Assembly (NCBI GenBank): GCA_963729045.1
Contig: CAVSMN010000008.1
Span: 1 to 64,000 of the forward strand
Length of the DNA stretch: 64,000 nt
DNA from: an uncultured Nitrososphaeraceae archaeon
GTDB lineage: Archaea > Thermoproteota > Nitrososphaeria > Nitrososphaerales > Nitrososphaeraceae
Direction: 5' to 3'
Shown here: piece by piece, positions 1 through 11,739 of the stretch
Numbering within the stretch: the stretch's first letter is position 1
Layout: each line of letters opens with the position of its first letter
Notes under the pieces: generated by a model
What the model saw: only the letters and a program-made list of their open reading frames with translations
What the model was told of the DNA's origin: nothing
The model's database searches: none
Position numbers and translations under genes: made by a program

Positions 1-361
1 CATATAAGAAAGAGGATCCTCCTCTTCGAAATAAGCAGAACACTATCAAGGATTAAAAAATTATCGAGTACCCAGTAGTGCTATTATTAAAACAGTAATT
101 TGTTTGATATTATATCATTCATGAAATTGAGTGAGTTACCAAATGTGACACGAAGTTAATTAAAAACATTTACTGACAACCTTTATATATAATTATTGTG
201 CTACATTGGTAATGCTTAACAAGATCACACTATTTCATAATAGTAACTCATCATTACAAGAATTCATCGAAATAAAAACCAGTTGATTACATGGTGTTGA
301 TAAAAGAAGATGACTCTTACAAAAGGTTGTTAATTAAATAATCCAGTTAAACGAATAGAAA

Positions 362-1530
362 ATGAATAAGAAGGTTGATGACGATTTGGTAAATAAAAAT
401 AGTATAACAACAGGTGAAAATAATATATATCTTTCACCAAATGTAGGTGGTCTACAGGATAATCAAATAACCTTTGTTAATTTTTCCAATAATTATTGTA
501 TATGCATGATTGATATAATTGATTCTACAAATAATACATATGATATATTAGAATCTAAAAAGATTAAGCAATACTACTCTGTATTTCTCAATACCATGAC
601 CTCAATAATAAGCCGTCATGGGGGTAAAGTAATTAAAAATGCTGGCGATAACTTGTTGTATTATTTTCCAAGTACAATGAATGAGAGTAATTATTTAGAT
701 TTTCAAGATGTAATTGAATGTGGATTATCGATGATTGATGCAAAGGAACAGTTGGATCTGTTGTTGAATTTAAATGGTTTGCCTCCTATTAATTATAGGA
801 TTAGTGCAAGTTATGGAAAAGTAGAACTAGCAATTGTAGCAAATTCTAGTAGCGGCGATATTTTTGGAACACCTGTAAATATATGTTCTAAAATAAATCA
901 TTTAGCTTCATCAAATCAAATGATAATTCATAGAGATCTTTATCAAATTATGAAAGAAATGCCGTATTTCGATGACTATGTATTTGAGGAATTAGATCGT
1001 AAAAAAAGTGTTAACGACTATTCAGAAAATAATAGAAATGTATATACAACTTATTCTGTTCGTCGATTTGAAGATATTAATAAACAAAAAGAAATAGAAA
1101 GCAAAATATCAGAATTGCATGCCGAACGTAAGCGTATTAATCAAAATAAAAATAACTCGTCTTTTAACATTTTGTTGATAGATGATGACAAAGACATTCT
1201 TTTTACATATACATCTATAATTAAAAGCCAAGGCTTTACAATAACCTCTTTTTCAAATCCATACAAAGCCCTTAATGACTTTTCCACAACGAATCCATAT
1301 TTATACGATTTAGTCATAATGGATATACGGATGCCGGGAATAAATGGTATTAAATTGTACTTAAATTTAAAATTATGAACCCCAATGTAAAGATACTTTT
1401 TGTGTCAGCCTTAGATGCTGTTGGTGAATTGTTAAGCTTATTTCCTGAAATTAGTGATTCAGATATCTTGAGAAAACCTGTAGAATCCCAACAATTATTA
1501 GACAAAATAAATACAGCAATAAGACAATAA
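362..1530 (+). CDS. Class III adenylate/guanylate cyclase domain fused to C-terminal receiver (REC) domain; frameshift near 1360
   Basis: Cyclase motifs CMIDIIDST, KVIKNAGD, DIFGTPVNICSKI; REC motifs ILLIDDD and DLVIMDIRMPG. The REC C-terminus (MNPNVKILFVSALD...RKPV) continues in another frame from 1375 to TAA at 1528-1530. Confidence 0.85.
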
Positions 1531-2009
1531 GAAATTAGTTAGAAGATATGGAATTGACTTTAGAAAAATTCGACATACTAGTCTTTTAAGTAGAATCTTG
1601 TTCCTAAGTAAGATAGGTATGTAATAGCAACTAAAATCAATAATTGTTAAACTGTTAAAGTATGATGAATTTCTTTGATATTTATAAACTTGGTTTCTAA
1701 AAGGAGATATTGGTAGATATCTGTTGTTCTTATCTAGTAAATTATCCGTTATAGATTGTGGAAAACCAGGGAAAGCTGAAGTTAGTTTTAACAAGCAGAC
1801 TTGATATTATTAGTCTGATAAGCTACTTAACATTTAACCATGGATTAGTAACCGCAAATTTACTAATATGATGAACATTGAACATGGAACATTGAACAGC
1901 CAGGCAAGAGAATAGAAGCCATTTCATGGGTATGTTATGTTGTGTTATGTTAAAAAAACAAATAAGAAAAAGAAAAAAGTGGGTGTTGAGGTTGGTAGTT
2001 AGTTTATGG

Positions 2010-2324
2010 TCACTGTAGGAGTATCTTCTTCGACTTCTGTTTCACCGGCAGTACAGGTGAAAGGTGTATTTGGGACCAAAGAGAGACCAAGAGAAGCTGT
2101 ATTGTACTATTAATGTTAGCTGATTGTTCTTGTGAAGCACTTACATCAACAGCACTGGTATCTGTACAGGTCTCAGGATTGCAGTTGTTTACTCCAACAC
2201 ATCCAAAGTCTTCAACATCTAACCATTCTGCATGCACTGACTGGATAGGAGCCATCGAACCTACTCCTACAACCATAGCGAGCGTTACAAACATTATTCC
2301 TAGATTTCTTATATTTAAATTCAT
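2010..2324 (-). CDS. Small secreted protein with signal peptide and Cys cluster
   Basis: Hydrophobic N-terminus ending VHA, then CVGVNNCNPETC; the 3' part may be frameshifted. Confidence 0.55.
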   Translation of the reverse strand: MNLNIRNLGIMFVTLAMVVGVGSMAPIQSVHAEWLDVEDFGCVGVNNCNPETCTDTSAVDVSASQEQSANINSTIQLLLVSLWSQIHLSPVLPVKQKSKKILLQ

Positions 2325-2456
2325 ATTAATTTTATATGATAAGAATTTAGTATATGTGAAATCAGTCTGTATTATCTGCTAATGTATATTGTAACTATTC
2401 ACAGGTATTAAATTCTAAAATCTGTTATAGTAATAAAAAAAAGATAAAAAAAGATT

Positions 2457-3163
2457 TTAGTTCTTTATTATATCGTCTCTATCTACAAAATTGATGTTAA
2501 TCACACATACCGATTTACCTAGAGGTTTGAGGGTAAATGGTATTACATCTTGCACATTAGTTCCAGGATTAAGTGTAAGAGACTTTTTACTGAATGCGTC
2601 TGTTCCTGTAAATTTAGCTGGAAGATTTGACATTACTGCTTTATCCTTGTTTATTACCACTTCGCCTGGAGATTGGAATGTTATAGATTCGACCCTCAGG
2701 TCGTCTCCACAGTCCTTAGGATTTGACACTAATTTAACAAAGTGGTTATGCCATCTTGTATCGGCAGCATTTGTTTAATCTTCACTATCTTTACCTTCAT
2801 CAGTCGTACTTACCATTATAGCGTTCAAACCTTGAGTAGTTAAAATACCATACCCGAAGGCACCGCGTTCTCCTTTAGTTGGAATATGTCCATGAGCTTG
2901 TAAAACGGCTTGTACATTACTTGTAGATTTTGCAATTACAGATTTATCAATTATTCTAAAATCCGGAGTACCTATTGCAGCAATAGAAGCTCCAGCTTTA
3001 TCATTAAGGGTTTCTTCAAACAGGCTATGTCCAGGAATATTTTCTATACCTGGCAACCCTGTAGATTGTGCGCTTGAGGGTTGAACTTGAATGTAAGATA
3101 GTAATCCAATAAATAGACTGCCTAAACTATTGTCATTATGAAGAGATTTGAATTTGATTTCAT
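2457..3163 (-). CDS. Secreted hypothetical protein, split by frameshifts or a stop
   Basis: ORFs 2775-3056 and 2457-2729 read as one protein; signal-peptide-like sequence upstream to an ATG near 3163. Confidence 0.5.
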
Positions 3164-3839
3164 CTTATTCACTATTTAAATTTATATGCATATATTTGGA
3201 ATTCTTCTTAAAAATCTACAACTCTAACATGAATTAACAAGATATACAAAAGTAATAGATCATTTATGATACTGTATTACTGTAAGGATGTTAGGTAAAA
3301 AAAATACAAGTAGATAACAATTGTAATGAAATCACAATTACAATTTGATTTACGCATACATTTAATAGAATAGAAAAAAATTGTTCTCGATTTCTAAATC
3401 ATAAGTTTATTAAATCAGAATTTTAAGAGTAGATCATATTATTTTGTTATTGCTCGATCTATAATATTATTTTTTTGTTATAAACCACCTTCAGGTTTTC
3501 TAGAAGCGTAATTAAGACTATATTGATTATTGGTGTGAAGACGTTTAGAATATCCAGTTAAACCAAAGATCTAGATGCAAATTATTAAATCGAAAATTAT
3601 GACGTTGTAATTCACTATAATAACATGGCAAATAATTTAAGATTAAAAGACTATCAATAGTGAATGATGTTCACTCTTACTGCTAGCTCAAGGTGAGATT
3701 AGGTTTTATAAGAAATTGAGAGATTCATAAGGCTATACCTGTTAAGCCAATGCTGATACCGAGAATACGACCTATAAAGTTATTATTCTATATTGTAAAT
3801 CATAGTTTTCAATAAATAAAATTTGATCTTTGATATGGT

Positions 3840-5557
3840 TCAGGCTCGATTTATTCCTGCGTTTGGTTCGGGTTCGGATTCTGGCATAGATCTTAATTCA
3901 ACAGGAATACTAAAGCTAAAAGTACTGCCAATTCCGTTCTGGTTGTTTGATGCCCAGATCTTACCTCTATGTGCTTCTATTATGTTTTTTGAAATGTATA
4001 GTCCTAAACCAGTTCCACTATCTGACCTTGAAATAAACTTTTCAAATAGATGATTCATTACTTCAGAATTAATTCCTTTACCCTTGTCACAGATACTTAC
4101 AATTACTTCTTTCCTGTCCTTTTTCATCAATACTGTTACAGTTATTTTTCCTTCTTCAGTAAACTTTCTTGCATTATTTAATAAATTTAATAACACCTGT
4201 GATATTCTAGCCTTATCTCCTTCTACCAAGATTGATTGATCAAGAACTTCTTTTGATTTAGTTTCATCGATGGAAATTACAATCAATGGATACATTTTCT
4301 TCTTTTTTTTCTGAATTTGTGGTAAAATCCTGGATGGTATTTTTAACAAGTTCCACAAAATCAAACCGCGAGGTATTCAGATTTAATATATGACTATCTA
4401 TTCTGGAGACGTCCAAAATATCGTTGGTTAGCTTTTGCAATTTCTTTGCGTTTCTATATATCACTTTAATGTCATTTTTCAATTCGGACTTATCGATCTC
4501 GCTAGTGTTATTCTGAAGGCTACGATTAATCAGATCAGAAAGTCCCAGAATGGGTTGAATTGGTGTACGTAGTTCATGGGCAGCTATATTAATAAAATCA
4601 TCCTTGAGTTTTTCGTTTTCCTGTAATTTTTTAAGATTTTCTTTGATTAATGAATTGGCCTTTTTTAGATTACATACTGTATTGCATGCTTGACATAATA
4701 AGTGCAATAATATTTACAAAATATCCTACGTCTTTAAGAACATGTGCCATATTGTGGGCAGTATCAAAAGACATAGCAGAAAAGGCCATGACGACCTGCG
4801 TAAATATATCAATTACAAGATACAAGGCAAGTCCTTTATACACAACATCTTTTTTTTGATAGAGTTTTTTCTTGTAAAAAAAGAACAATACCAAACAGAA
4901 TAGTATTAGAGGAGGAATCTCGTACGGCCTATGCACTGAATAATCATCTAAAACAGATGAGGGATAAACCAAAAAAAGTGAGCTTACAGCCGTTACTATT
5001 GCGATAATCCCCAAAATGGATATATAAAAAATTATACCATCTTTTTTTTCAGTAATGGCCTTTTTTTTCATTTCTTCTTGTGTATATGATGGTGATCTGA
5101 TATCAGACACTTGTTCTATTTCTTCTCTTTGAGATAGCGACGAATATTTTAAAATAGCAATTAGGAGCATCGCACCAAGGAAGAAACGTCCAGCAAACCA
5201 AGTTTGAGGAATAAAATACTTTATGAATAATATATTCTCTATTAAAGCAAAAGATACTATAACATGGAACAAATCAATTGAAACACTAATGAAAAATCCT
5301 ATACCAACAAAAAGACTAAATCGATCTCGTAGAACCCTATAGCGCAAAATGTAATAAAAGGATAGAGCCGAGCCTAGTATTACTGCAATCAATTCGATGT
5401 AAAAATGATGTATCTCTGAAGAAACCCATAAAGTAGGATCTAATGAGATAGCTAAGAACAGAGACAGCAGTAGAGATGGCAAAACTACTAGTTTAATTAG
5501 ACTTGATAAAATTGAATCCTGGGAGAAAATATGATTGAGATTTTTCAAAAACATCAT
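3840..5557 (-). CDS. Membrane sensor histidine kinase (MASE3-like TM sensor, HisKA, HATPase), two frameshifts
   Basis: Multi-TM N-terminus (HFYIELIAV...DLFHV...QTWFAGRF); H-box AAHELRTPIQP; N-box QVLLNLLNNARKF; G-boxes DKGKGI and GTGLGL, spread over three ORF pieces. Confidence 0.85.
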
Positions 5558-5694
5558 CTTTAAACAATAATCATAAAAAAATTGAAAATATTTGACAGGT
5601 TAGGAAAGTCTACTGGTCTATTTGTTATGAATTCAAGTCCTAATTTATTTTCAATACCAAAGACAGTAAAAATTAACGAATCCAATACTGTCAA

Positions 5695-6898
5695 TTACCA
5701 ACGATTGGCTTTGGATAACTTCTTTTTTATGATCGAGATAAACTGTTCACCGCTTAAAGGTTTTCTCACAATTTCAGTCATTTTTATTTCAGGCAATGCT
5801 TCCACGAACTCGCCAACCAGATCCAGAGCAGTTACAAAAAGAATATTCAAATATGGATCTATCGCTTTGAACCTGTAGAATAGCTTTATTCCGCTCACCT
5901 CAGGCATTCTTATATCCATAACCACCAAGTCATAATTATGTGAATTTTTTTTTGCCAAGTTTTCTAGAGCCTCAATAGGATTTGAATAAGAATGTACTTG
6001 ATATCCTTCCTTTTTTAACAGTGAATGATATGTGTATAGAATATCCTCGTCATCATCTATTAATAAGATATTGTACTGTTTGTTTTCTATTTGACTCAGG
6101 TCGCTTGATTTCATTTGAAGGGGCTTGATGCTTGAGTGTTTCACCTCGTTTGTTTGCGATTAATATTTTTCTATTGTCCATTATTGTGTAATAGGAAGTA
6201 ATATTTTTGCTACTCCCATCCAATGATAGTTTAATCTCAGATATTTCAAATTCTTTACTAAAAGTCGAATTGATTAATAAAGTATACAAGTTCTTTCCTA
6301 TTACTAATCCATTTGATTTAGACAAGCTGTTTATTTTGGCACATTCATTTACTACCGAGCCAAATAAGTCTACTTCCTTGTTATTAGACCCCAAGGCAAC
6401 TTCTACTAACCCATAATTCATACTAATTCTATAATTGATTGGAGGCAAGTCTTCTTCTGCCAGTTCTTGATTCAAAGGTTTGTTTGATTTAATCATTGAA
6501 GTGCTGCAATCAAAAACGTTTTGCAATGCCTGTTGATCATCAAGATTTGATGTTTTTGGAAAGTAAAAAAACAAATTATCTCCGCTATTTTTAATAATTT
6601 TTCCATGGTATTGAGTAAGTATGGTACTCATGGAATTCAAAAAAAGTGAATAATATTTTCTTAACTTTTTAGGGTCTTTTATTTTTGCAGTTTCTTGAGT
6701 GGAATTAATTATATCGATAAATCCTATACAATATTGTTGTGTGAAATTAATAAAATTTATTTGTTCTTGATTACTTTCTTTAGTCAAACTATTCGAATCT
6801 GAATTTGATCTTGGAATACCACCACTGGAACTATTGAAAGTATTTTCAGAGTTATCATACTTATTGTAATTAGATAGATTGTTTAGGTTATCTATCAT
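5695..6898 (-). CDS. Class III cyclase-REC fusion, frameshift near 6120-6150
   Basis: CIGFIDIINST, KIIKNSGD, DLFGSVVNECAKI in 6053-6898; REC (ILLIDDD, DIRMP, RKP) in 5695-6144; colinear with the intact paralog at 62336-63514. Confidence 0.85.
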
Positions 6899-7221
6899 GT
6901 TTATATGGATGATATGGATCAGGTACTATTTATGGTTGTTGTTTAATATTGCAAATATATACCAATATCATTCTATAAGGTTCGTTTTAGTGAAATACTT
7001 GAAATTTTGGTCACTGTGGTTCAATAGACTAATAACTATAGCTTATTAAAACAAGGTTTAAAAATATTGCTATTGTAAAACTATAATGCTAATGCTATTA
7101 GCTATTAGAAGTTAGATCGCAAAAATGAAGACAATGACATTATATCTTAAGGATTTGTGGATGTTGTGAGATTATGAAGACGTACCCTTTGGGTTGATGA
7201 TACACAATCCTGTCACCATAA

Positions 7222-7605
7222 TTATTTCATCATATCTGCAATTCTTTTTAATAATTCTTCGAGTTCAATCGGTTTTTGGATAAATAAATCTCTACTTAAT
7301 TCATGATAGTCTTTTTCTCGAAATTGTTGATAATATGCCTCGCTAGCAGTCAAAAAACACACTCTAATGTTATTGTCCATTTCCTTTATTTTCTTGTACA
7401 AATCAAAACCATCTATATATGGCATCTTAATATCAAGAAGTGCAATATCGTAGTAGTTTACCTTGAAATTTGACAAAGCTAACATAGAATCATTAAACGC
7501 ATCCACTTCAAATCCATGAATTTCTAGGATACGTTTAAAAGATAAGGTAATGTCATCCTCGTCATCTACTATAAGAATTTTTATTTTATTTTTTTTGATT
7601 TTCAT
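7222..7605 (-). CDS. Stand-alone response regulator receiver
   Basis: ILIVDDE, LLDIKMP, FLTA, QKP motifs. Confidence 0.9.
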   Translation of the reverse strand: MKIKKNKIKILIVDDEDDITLSFKRILEIHGFEVDAFNDSMLALSNFKVNYYDIALLDIKMPYIDGFDLYKKIKEMDNNIRVCFLTASEAYYQQFREKDYHELSRDLFIQKPIELEELLKRIADMMK

Positions 7606-7606
7606 C

Positions 7607-9340
7607 TCATATACTCACTCCAGAACTATTTTGAATCAGGTCGGTTTTAATTAATGGGATTCTAAAAGAGAAAGTTGCACCTTTCCCATCTTTATTATTT
7701 TCAGCCCACATACTTCCACCATGAGACTCAATAATATTCTTTGAAATGTACAACCCCAATCCAGTACCTTGAAACGATCTAGTGGAAAATTTACTAAAAA
7801 GATGAGGAAAGATTTCTTCCGAGATCCCACTTCCAGTGTCTTTAATGATTATTTCTGTGTATCCATACGCATGTGGACCATCTCCTTTTGATATCTTAAG
7901 AGTTATCCTGATCAATCCATCTTTTTCAATGAATTTTATAGCGTTATCGAGCAAATTTGAAATAACCTGAATAATTCTCTCCTTATCAGCATGAATAAGA
8001 GCATCGGGCCCTAAGATTTCATTCTGTAGAGTATAATGCAATTTTATATGCCTTTTAAAAGTAGGTTTTTTTAACTGTCTTGTGTAATCCTTTATGATGG
8101 TAGTTAATAAATCGTTTAAGATAAAATTCTCTTGATGTAATACAAGTTTGTTGCTTTCGATTTTAGTAACATCTAAGATATTTTTTATCAGAACGTTGAG
8201 TCTTTTAGCGTTCCTATAAATCGCTTCTATGGATTCATTTTTATTAACATCATATTTTAATAAATTTGCAAAAGTCAAAATGCTTTGTGTTGGAGTTCTT
8301 AGCTCATGAGCAGCTATATTAACAAACTCGTCTTTTGCTTTGTCAGCCAGTCGCAGTTTTTTTATGTATTCCTCTTTAAGATTATCTGCGTCTTTTAGTT
8401 TTTCATATAGCTCGGTTTGTTTCCACAATGTATCAAAAATGGTAACAAATGATATAACATTTGGTTGACTTGTAGAATATATTGCCGAGCCAACTGCGTC
8501 GGTAAATTTCTGCTTTGTGTCATTCTTTAATTCCACTATCAGCGAGTACTTTCCATCTACGACCAGTATATTTATCGGCGCATCAAAAGGCGATTCGATA
8601 CGTCTAACTTCAATTTTGTCCGTTTGACTTAGATTATCAATCTCATTTTCTGCATTACTAAATGATGGAGTAATTATTCTTATTTTTACATTTCTATTTG
8701 AAGCGTCTATCAAAGATTGCATTAATCCATCATTTTCCTCTCTCAGAAAAACAGTGGAAGTTGTAAGAATAAGCATTATTTCAGTAACACTGGATTTTAA
8801 AATATCAAAATAGATGCTCTTTATTTCGAATGGATTTTTAATGACATCTACAATTTCGGGAACGATGCCCTTCTCAATTTCGTCAATTTTCTCTATTGCA
8901 GAAATAGATTTATCCCATAGGTTCTCAAAAAAGAAATTATGTTGTTCTACCACTGCCGTTGAATTACTGTATACCACTTGAGACAATAATTGTAAATTTT
9001 TCATTGTCGCTGATGCGATATACTCATTTTCATTTACCGCAAAATTTCCTTTTAATCCAGGTAAATGATGTACTGCAGCTATCTTCAATAATTCTTTACA
9101 AAAAGCAATATTTTCTTTAGTTACCTCGGTAATAAACCTGCATTTTACATTTCTTTTCTTCAAGTCAAACATCCCTTTATTAAATACTTCTATGCCAATC
9201 GCGACGGAAGGCCAGTACTGGTCTGCACAAATTAACAGATTGTTTGTAGAATTATTTAAGACATTGAGGATTGTTTTGGTGGACTCTTCTAATCCTTCTG
9301 CAGTACCTATTCCCTCCATCTTATCTAAAAAGTTATGCAT
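7607..9340 (-). CDS. Soluble sensor histidine kinase
   Basis: AAHELRTP, QVISNLLDNAIKF, DTGSGI, GTGLGL; probable start at ATG 9340 or 9319 rather than the ORF-track start at 9640. Confidence 0.85.
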   Translation of the reverse strand: MHNFLDKMEGIGTAEGLEESTKTILNVLNNSTNNLLICADQYWPSVAIGIEVFNKGMFDLKKRNVKCRFITEVTKENIAFCKELLKIAAVHHLPGLKGNFAVNENEYIASATMKNLQLLSQVVYSNSTAVVEQHNFFFENLWDKSISAIEKIDEIEKGIVPEIVDVIKNPFEIKSIYFDILKSSVTEIMLILTTSTVFLREENDGLMQSLIDASNRNVKIRIITPSFSNAENEIDNLSQTDKIEVRRIESPFDAPINILVVDGKYSLIVELKNDTKQKFTDAVGSAIYSTSQPNVISFVTIFDTLWKQTELYEKLKDADNLKEEYIKKLRLADKAKDEFVNIAAHELRTPTQSILTFANLLKYDVNKNESIEAIYRNAKRLNVLIKNILDVTKIESNKLVLHQENFILNDLLTTIIKDYTRQLKKPTFKRHIKLHYTLQNEILGPDALIHADKERIIQVISNLLDNAIKFIEKDGLIRITLKISKGDGPHAYGYTEIIIKDTGSGISEEIFPHLFSKFSTRSFQGTGLGLYISKNIIESHGGSMWAENNKDGKGATFSFRIPLIKTDLIQNSSGVSI

Positions 9341-9891
9341 ACATATTAATTTTTTATATAAAATGGTATTAAATGGTTTAGATTGTTTTATATTGACAAC
9401 AATATAAAATGAAGATACCAAAGTAGATAAGGAAATATATACGAAAATTGTAACCCATCCTACCGCTACAATAATACATTTTGCACTTTGACCAATATCA
9501 TAATTATTTTCCTTCTTTAATTTAATTGCATTTGCGTTCCATGTATTTACATGCATTGTAATCATTAATAGATATGCGATTGCTGCTACAGTTAAAACCA
9601 TCTTATCCTTTATAGTATTCATTTTGGATTGACTGTTCAATATCTATCAATAACAAATATCAATTATCAAATAAAAGTGATACTACTAATGCTACACTGA
9701 TTTTATTAGGTTAACAAAACCAAAAAAGACACAAAACATAAAATGACAATACTTTTTGTTATATCTAAGTTAATCTAAACTTGGTTTTTAGATAGAGAAA
9801 AATTTGAAGTAATTTAGTTTGAAATTAATCGTAGTGATTTTCTTATATTAATGATGTTGCTTTAAGGGCTACAGGTAATTGAAAAAGAATA

Positions 9892-10377
9892 CTATTCCCA
9901 AGAAGTTCCCTTTAATTTTGCATATTTTAAATAAGCATTATTCTTATCTAGTCCTTCGGTATTGGCATTTGAAAGATTTGCTTCAACAAAAATAGTTTTG
10001 TACATATTACTTTCCCTAAAATCTGAATTCTGTAAATCAGACCACATAAAATTAGTATTGCTTAATTGGCTTTTAACAATATTAGAACCCTTTGCTGTAG
10101 CGTACATAACCAAAGCGTCAGACATATCAGAACCTTCAAAAGTAGTTTCGGACAAATTAGACTGTACGAAATTAGTGCCCACCACTATTGAATTTGTAAA
10201 ATTACATCCAGTAAAATTAACACCATTAAGATAAGCGTTAGAGATATCTTTATTTGAAAAATCAGTTCCTGTAAAGTCTAATTTTAGAGTGAGATTTTCT
10301 AAACGCCACTCATTAAATTCGTTTACTTTTTCCTCAAGGAGTAGTGTAAGGCCCTCATCTTGTTTGAGATCAGACAT
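9892..10377 (-). CDS. Pentapeptide repeat protein
   Basis: Repeated xxF/Lxx pentamers (TDFSN, VNFTG, CNFTN, TNFVQ, SNLSE, ANLSN). Confidence 0.9.
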   Translation of the reverse strand: MSDLKQDEGLTLLLEEKVNEFNEWRLENLTLKLDFTGTDFSNKDISNAYLNGVNFTGCNFTNSIVVGTNFVQSNLSETTFEGSDMSDALVMYATAKGSNIVKSQLSNTNFMWSDLQNSDFRESNMYKTIFVEANLSNANTEGLDKNNAYLKYAKLKGTSWE

Positions 10378-10525
10378 TTTATAGTACTATTTTTTCGAGA
10401 ATCAATATTAATTTGTCGATTTTTATAGTTACCAGCTCATCTACAGATATGAAATAACATCATATTTCCCTGTGGAATATAGATAGTCTTCTTTTTTATT
10501 GAATTTGAATCGGTAAACATCAAAA

Positions 10526-11002
10526 TTATCCACCGGTCAAACTAGTAAACTTGTTATTTCTTTTTACATGTGCGATATAATCGAGATTTGCTATTGCTAT
10601 CATAGCAGATTCTCTTACCTCCTCACTCTCATCATTTAGTGCTCGCTCAAGTGTTTTTCGTGATTGCTCGGATCCTATAACCCCTAATGCTACTGCGGCT
10701 TCATGTCTAACAAAAAAACTTGGGTCCTCTATCACAGCTTTTGATAGTACTTCTATTCCACTTGTGTGCCCTAATTGGCCTAGAGAAAAGGCCGCTTCGT
10801 GTCTTACAAGTTGGTCTGAATCATTTAATAGAACTCGTCCAATAGGTTCAATGGCTTTTTCTCCAGAAATATCTGCTAGTATGCATACGGCTCTAGTTCT
10901 TATTACATAATCCTTGTGGTCAACTAGATTCTTAAAATATGTCTCGTCTCTATTATCAAAGCGTTGTTCCATTTCCATTAACAAGTCCAATCTATTATCC
11001 AA
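10526..11002 (-). CDS. HEAT-repeat (PBS lyase-like) protein
   Basis: Repeated VRHEAAFSLG, VRHEAAVALG, VRESAMIA. Confidence 0.85.
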   Translation of the reverse strand: MDNRLDLLMEMEQRFDNRDETYFKNLVDHKDYVIRTRAVCILADISGEKAIEPIGRVLLNDSDQLVRHEAAFSLGQLGHTSGIEVLSKAVIEDPSFFVRHEAAVALGVIGSEQSRKTLERALNDESEEVRESAMIAIANLDYIAHVKRNNKFTSLTGG

Positions 11003-11189
11003 ATAGATTTAGACAAATTACAAGGATTTATAACGGTTTGTAAAATTCTCCCGCATGATAATTTACCATACATCTTTTTTTCCTAGCTTATTACATTGAC
11101 ATCCATATGCCTTTGTAAACCAAAAGGGATTCTAGAACATCAGAATAAATCTACAAATATAAAATGCATAATCCTATCCCTAAATAAAT

Positions 11190-11648
11190 ATGCGTGTAAG
11201 ATACTGGAGGCTCAGCCTAAATGATTTAAGAGATGGAACTTATCCTATTGACAACGTAAATCATTGGGAGATTAAATGTTTACAAGGAGACCATGAGCAT
11301 TTTGGTGTATTTTGGTATAGATACGGGACACCATTTGATAAGGAACCCGTTAATGGAATATGTTTCTACTACAACGAGATACCGATTGAAAAGGTTAAAG
11401 ATATTGCAAATTTTCTCAATTCAAAGTTTGGGGGTAAAGTAGCATATAGACAAACAAGGGGATTCTTGCAAGGATCTAAAGAATTTGCAGATAAACAATC
11501 TATAGCTCAACTCGCAGAAGAACTGAGTTCAAGATATAATGCACCTATTGAGATGACACTTGAATTTGAAAGAATAGATAAGGACCAACAAGAAAAAATA
11601 ATAACTTTGCCCGCTAGCAAGGGATTACCTATAGTTGGCCCTGATTAA
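11190..11648 (+). CDS. Hypothetical protein
   Basis: 152-aa ORF with normal protein composition; no recognised motif. Confidence 0.65.
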   Translation: MRVRYWRLSLNDLRDGTYPIDNVNHWEIKCLQGDHEHFGVFWYRYGTPFDKEPVNGICFYYNEIPIEKVKDIANFLNSKFGGKVAYRQTRGFLQGSKEFADKQSIAQLAEELSSRYNAPIEMTLEFERIDKDQQEKIITLPASKGLPIVGPD

Positions 11649-11739
11649 CATTTTTTCTTGTTCACAAAGACGATTGTAGCATTCGAATCAAGATACCTAT
11701 ATATTATTTGAATTTCACCGTTTAATTGGCCTTGTAACC

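Noticed and set aside
1498..1794. 98-aa minus-strand ORF and other short antisense ORFs in the track
   Set aside because: No motifs, atypical composition, and most lie opposite well-supported genes.
1871..1951. Short repeats (GAACATT/GAACATG x4, GTTAT/GTTGT runs)
   Set aside because: Low-complexity micro-repeats with no supporting context.
9341..9640. TM-containing N-terminal extension of the 7607 kinase
   Set aside because: It reads as a separate small secreted-protein remnant plus AT-rich promoter-like DNA that happens to be in frame; the kinase probably starts at 9340 or 9319.
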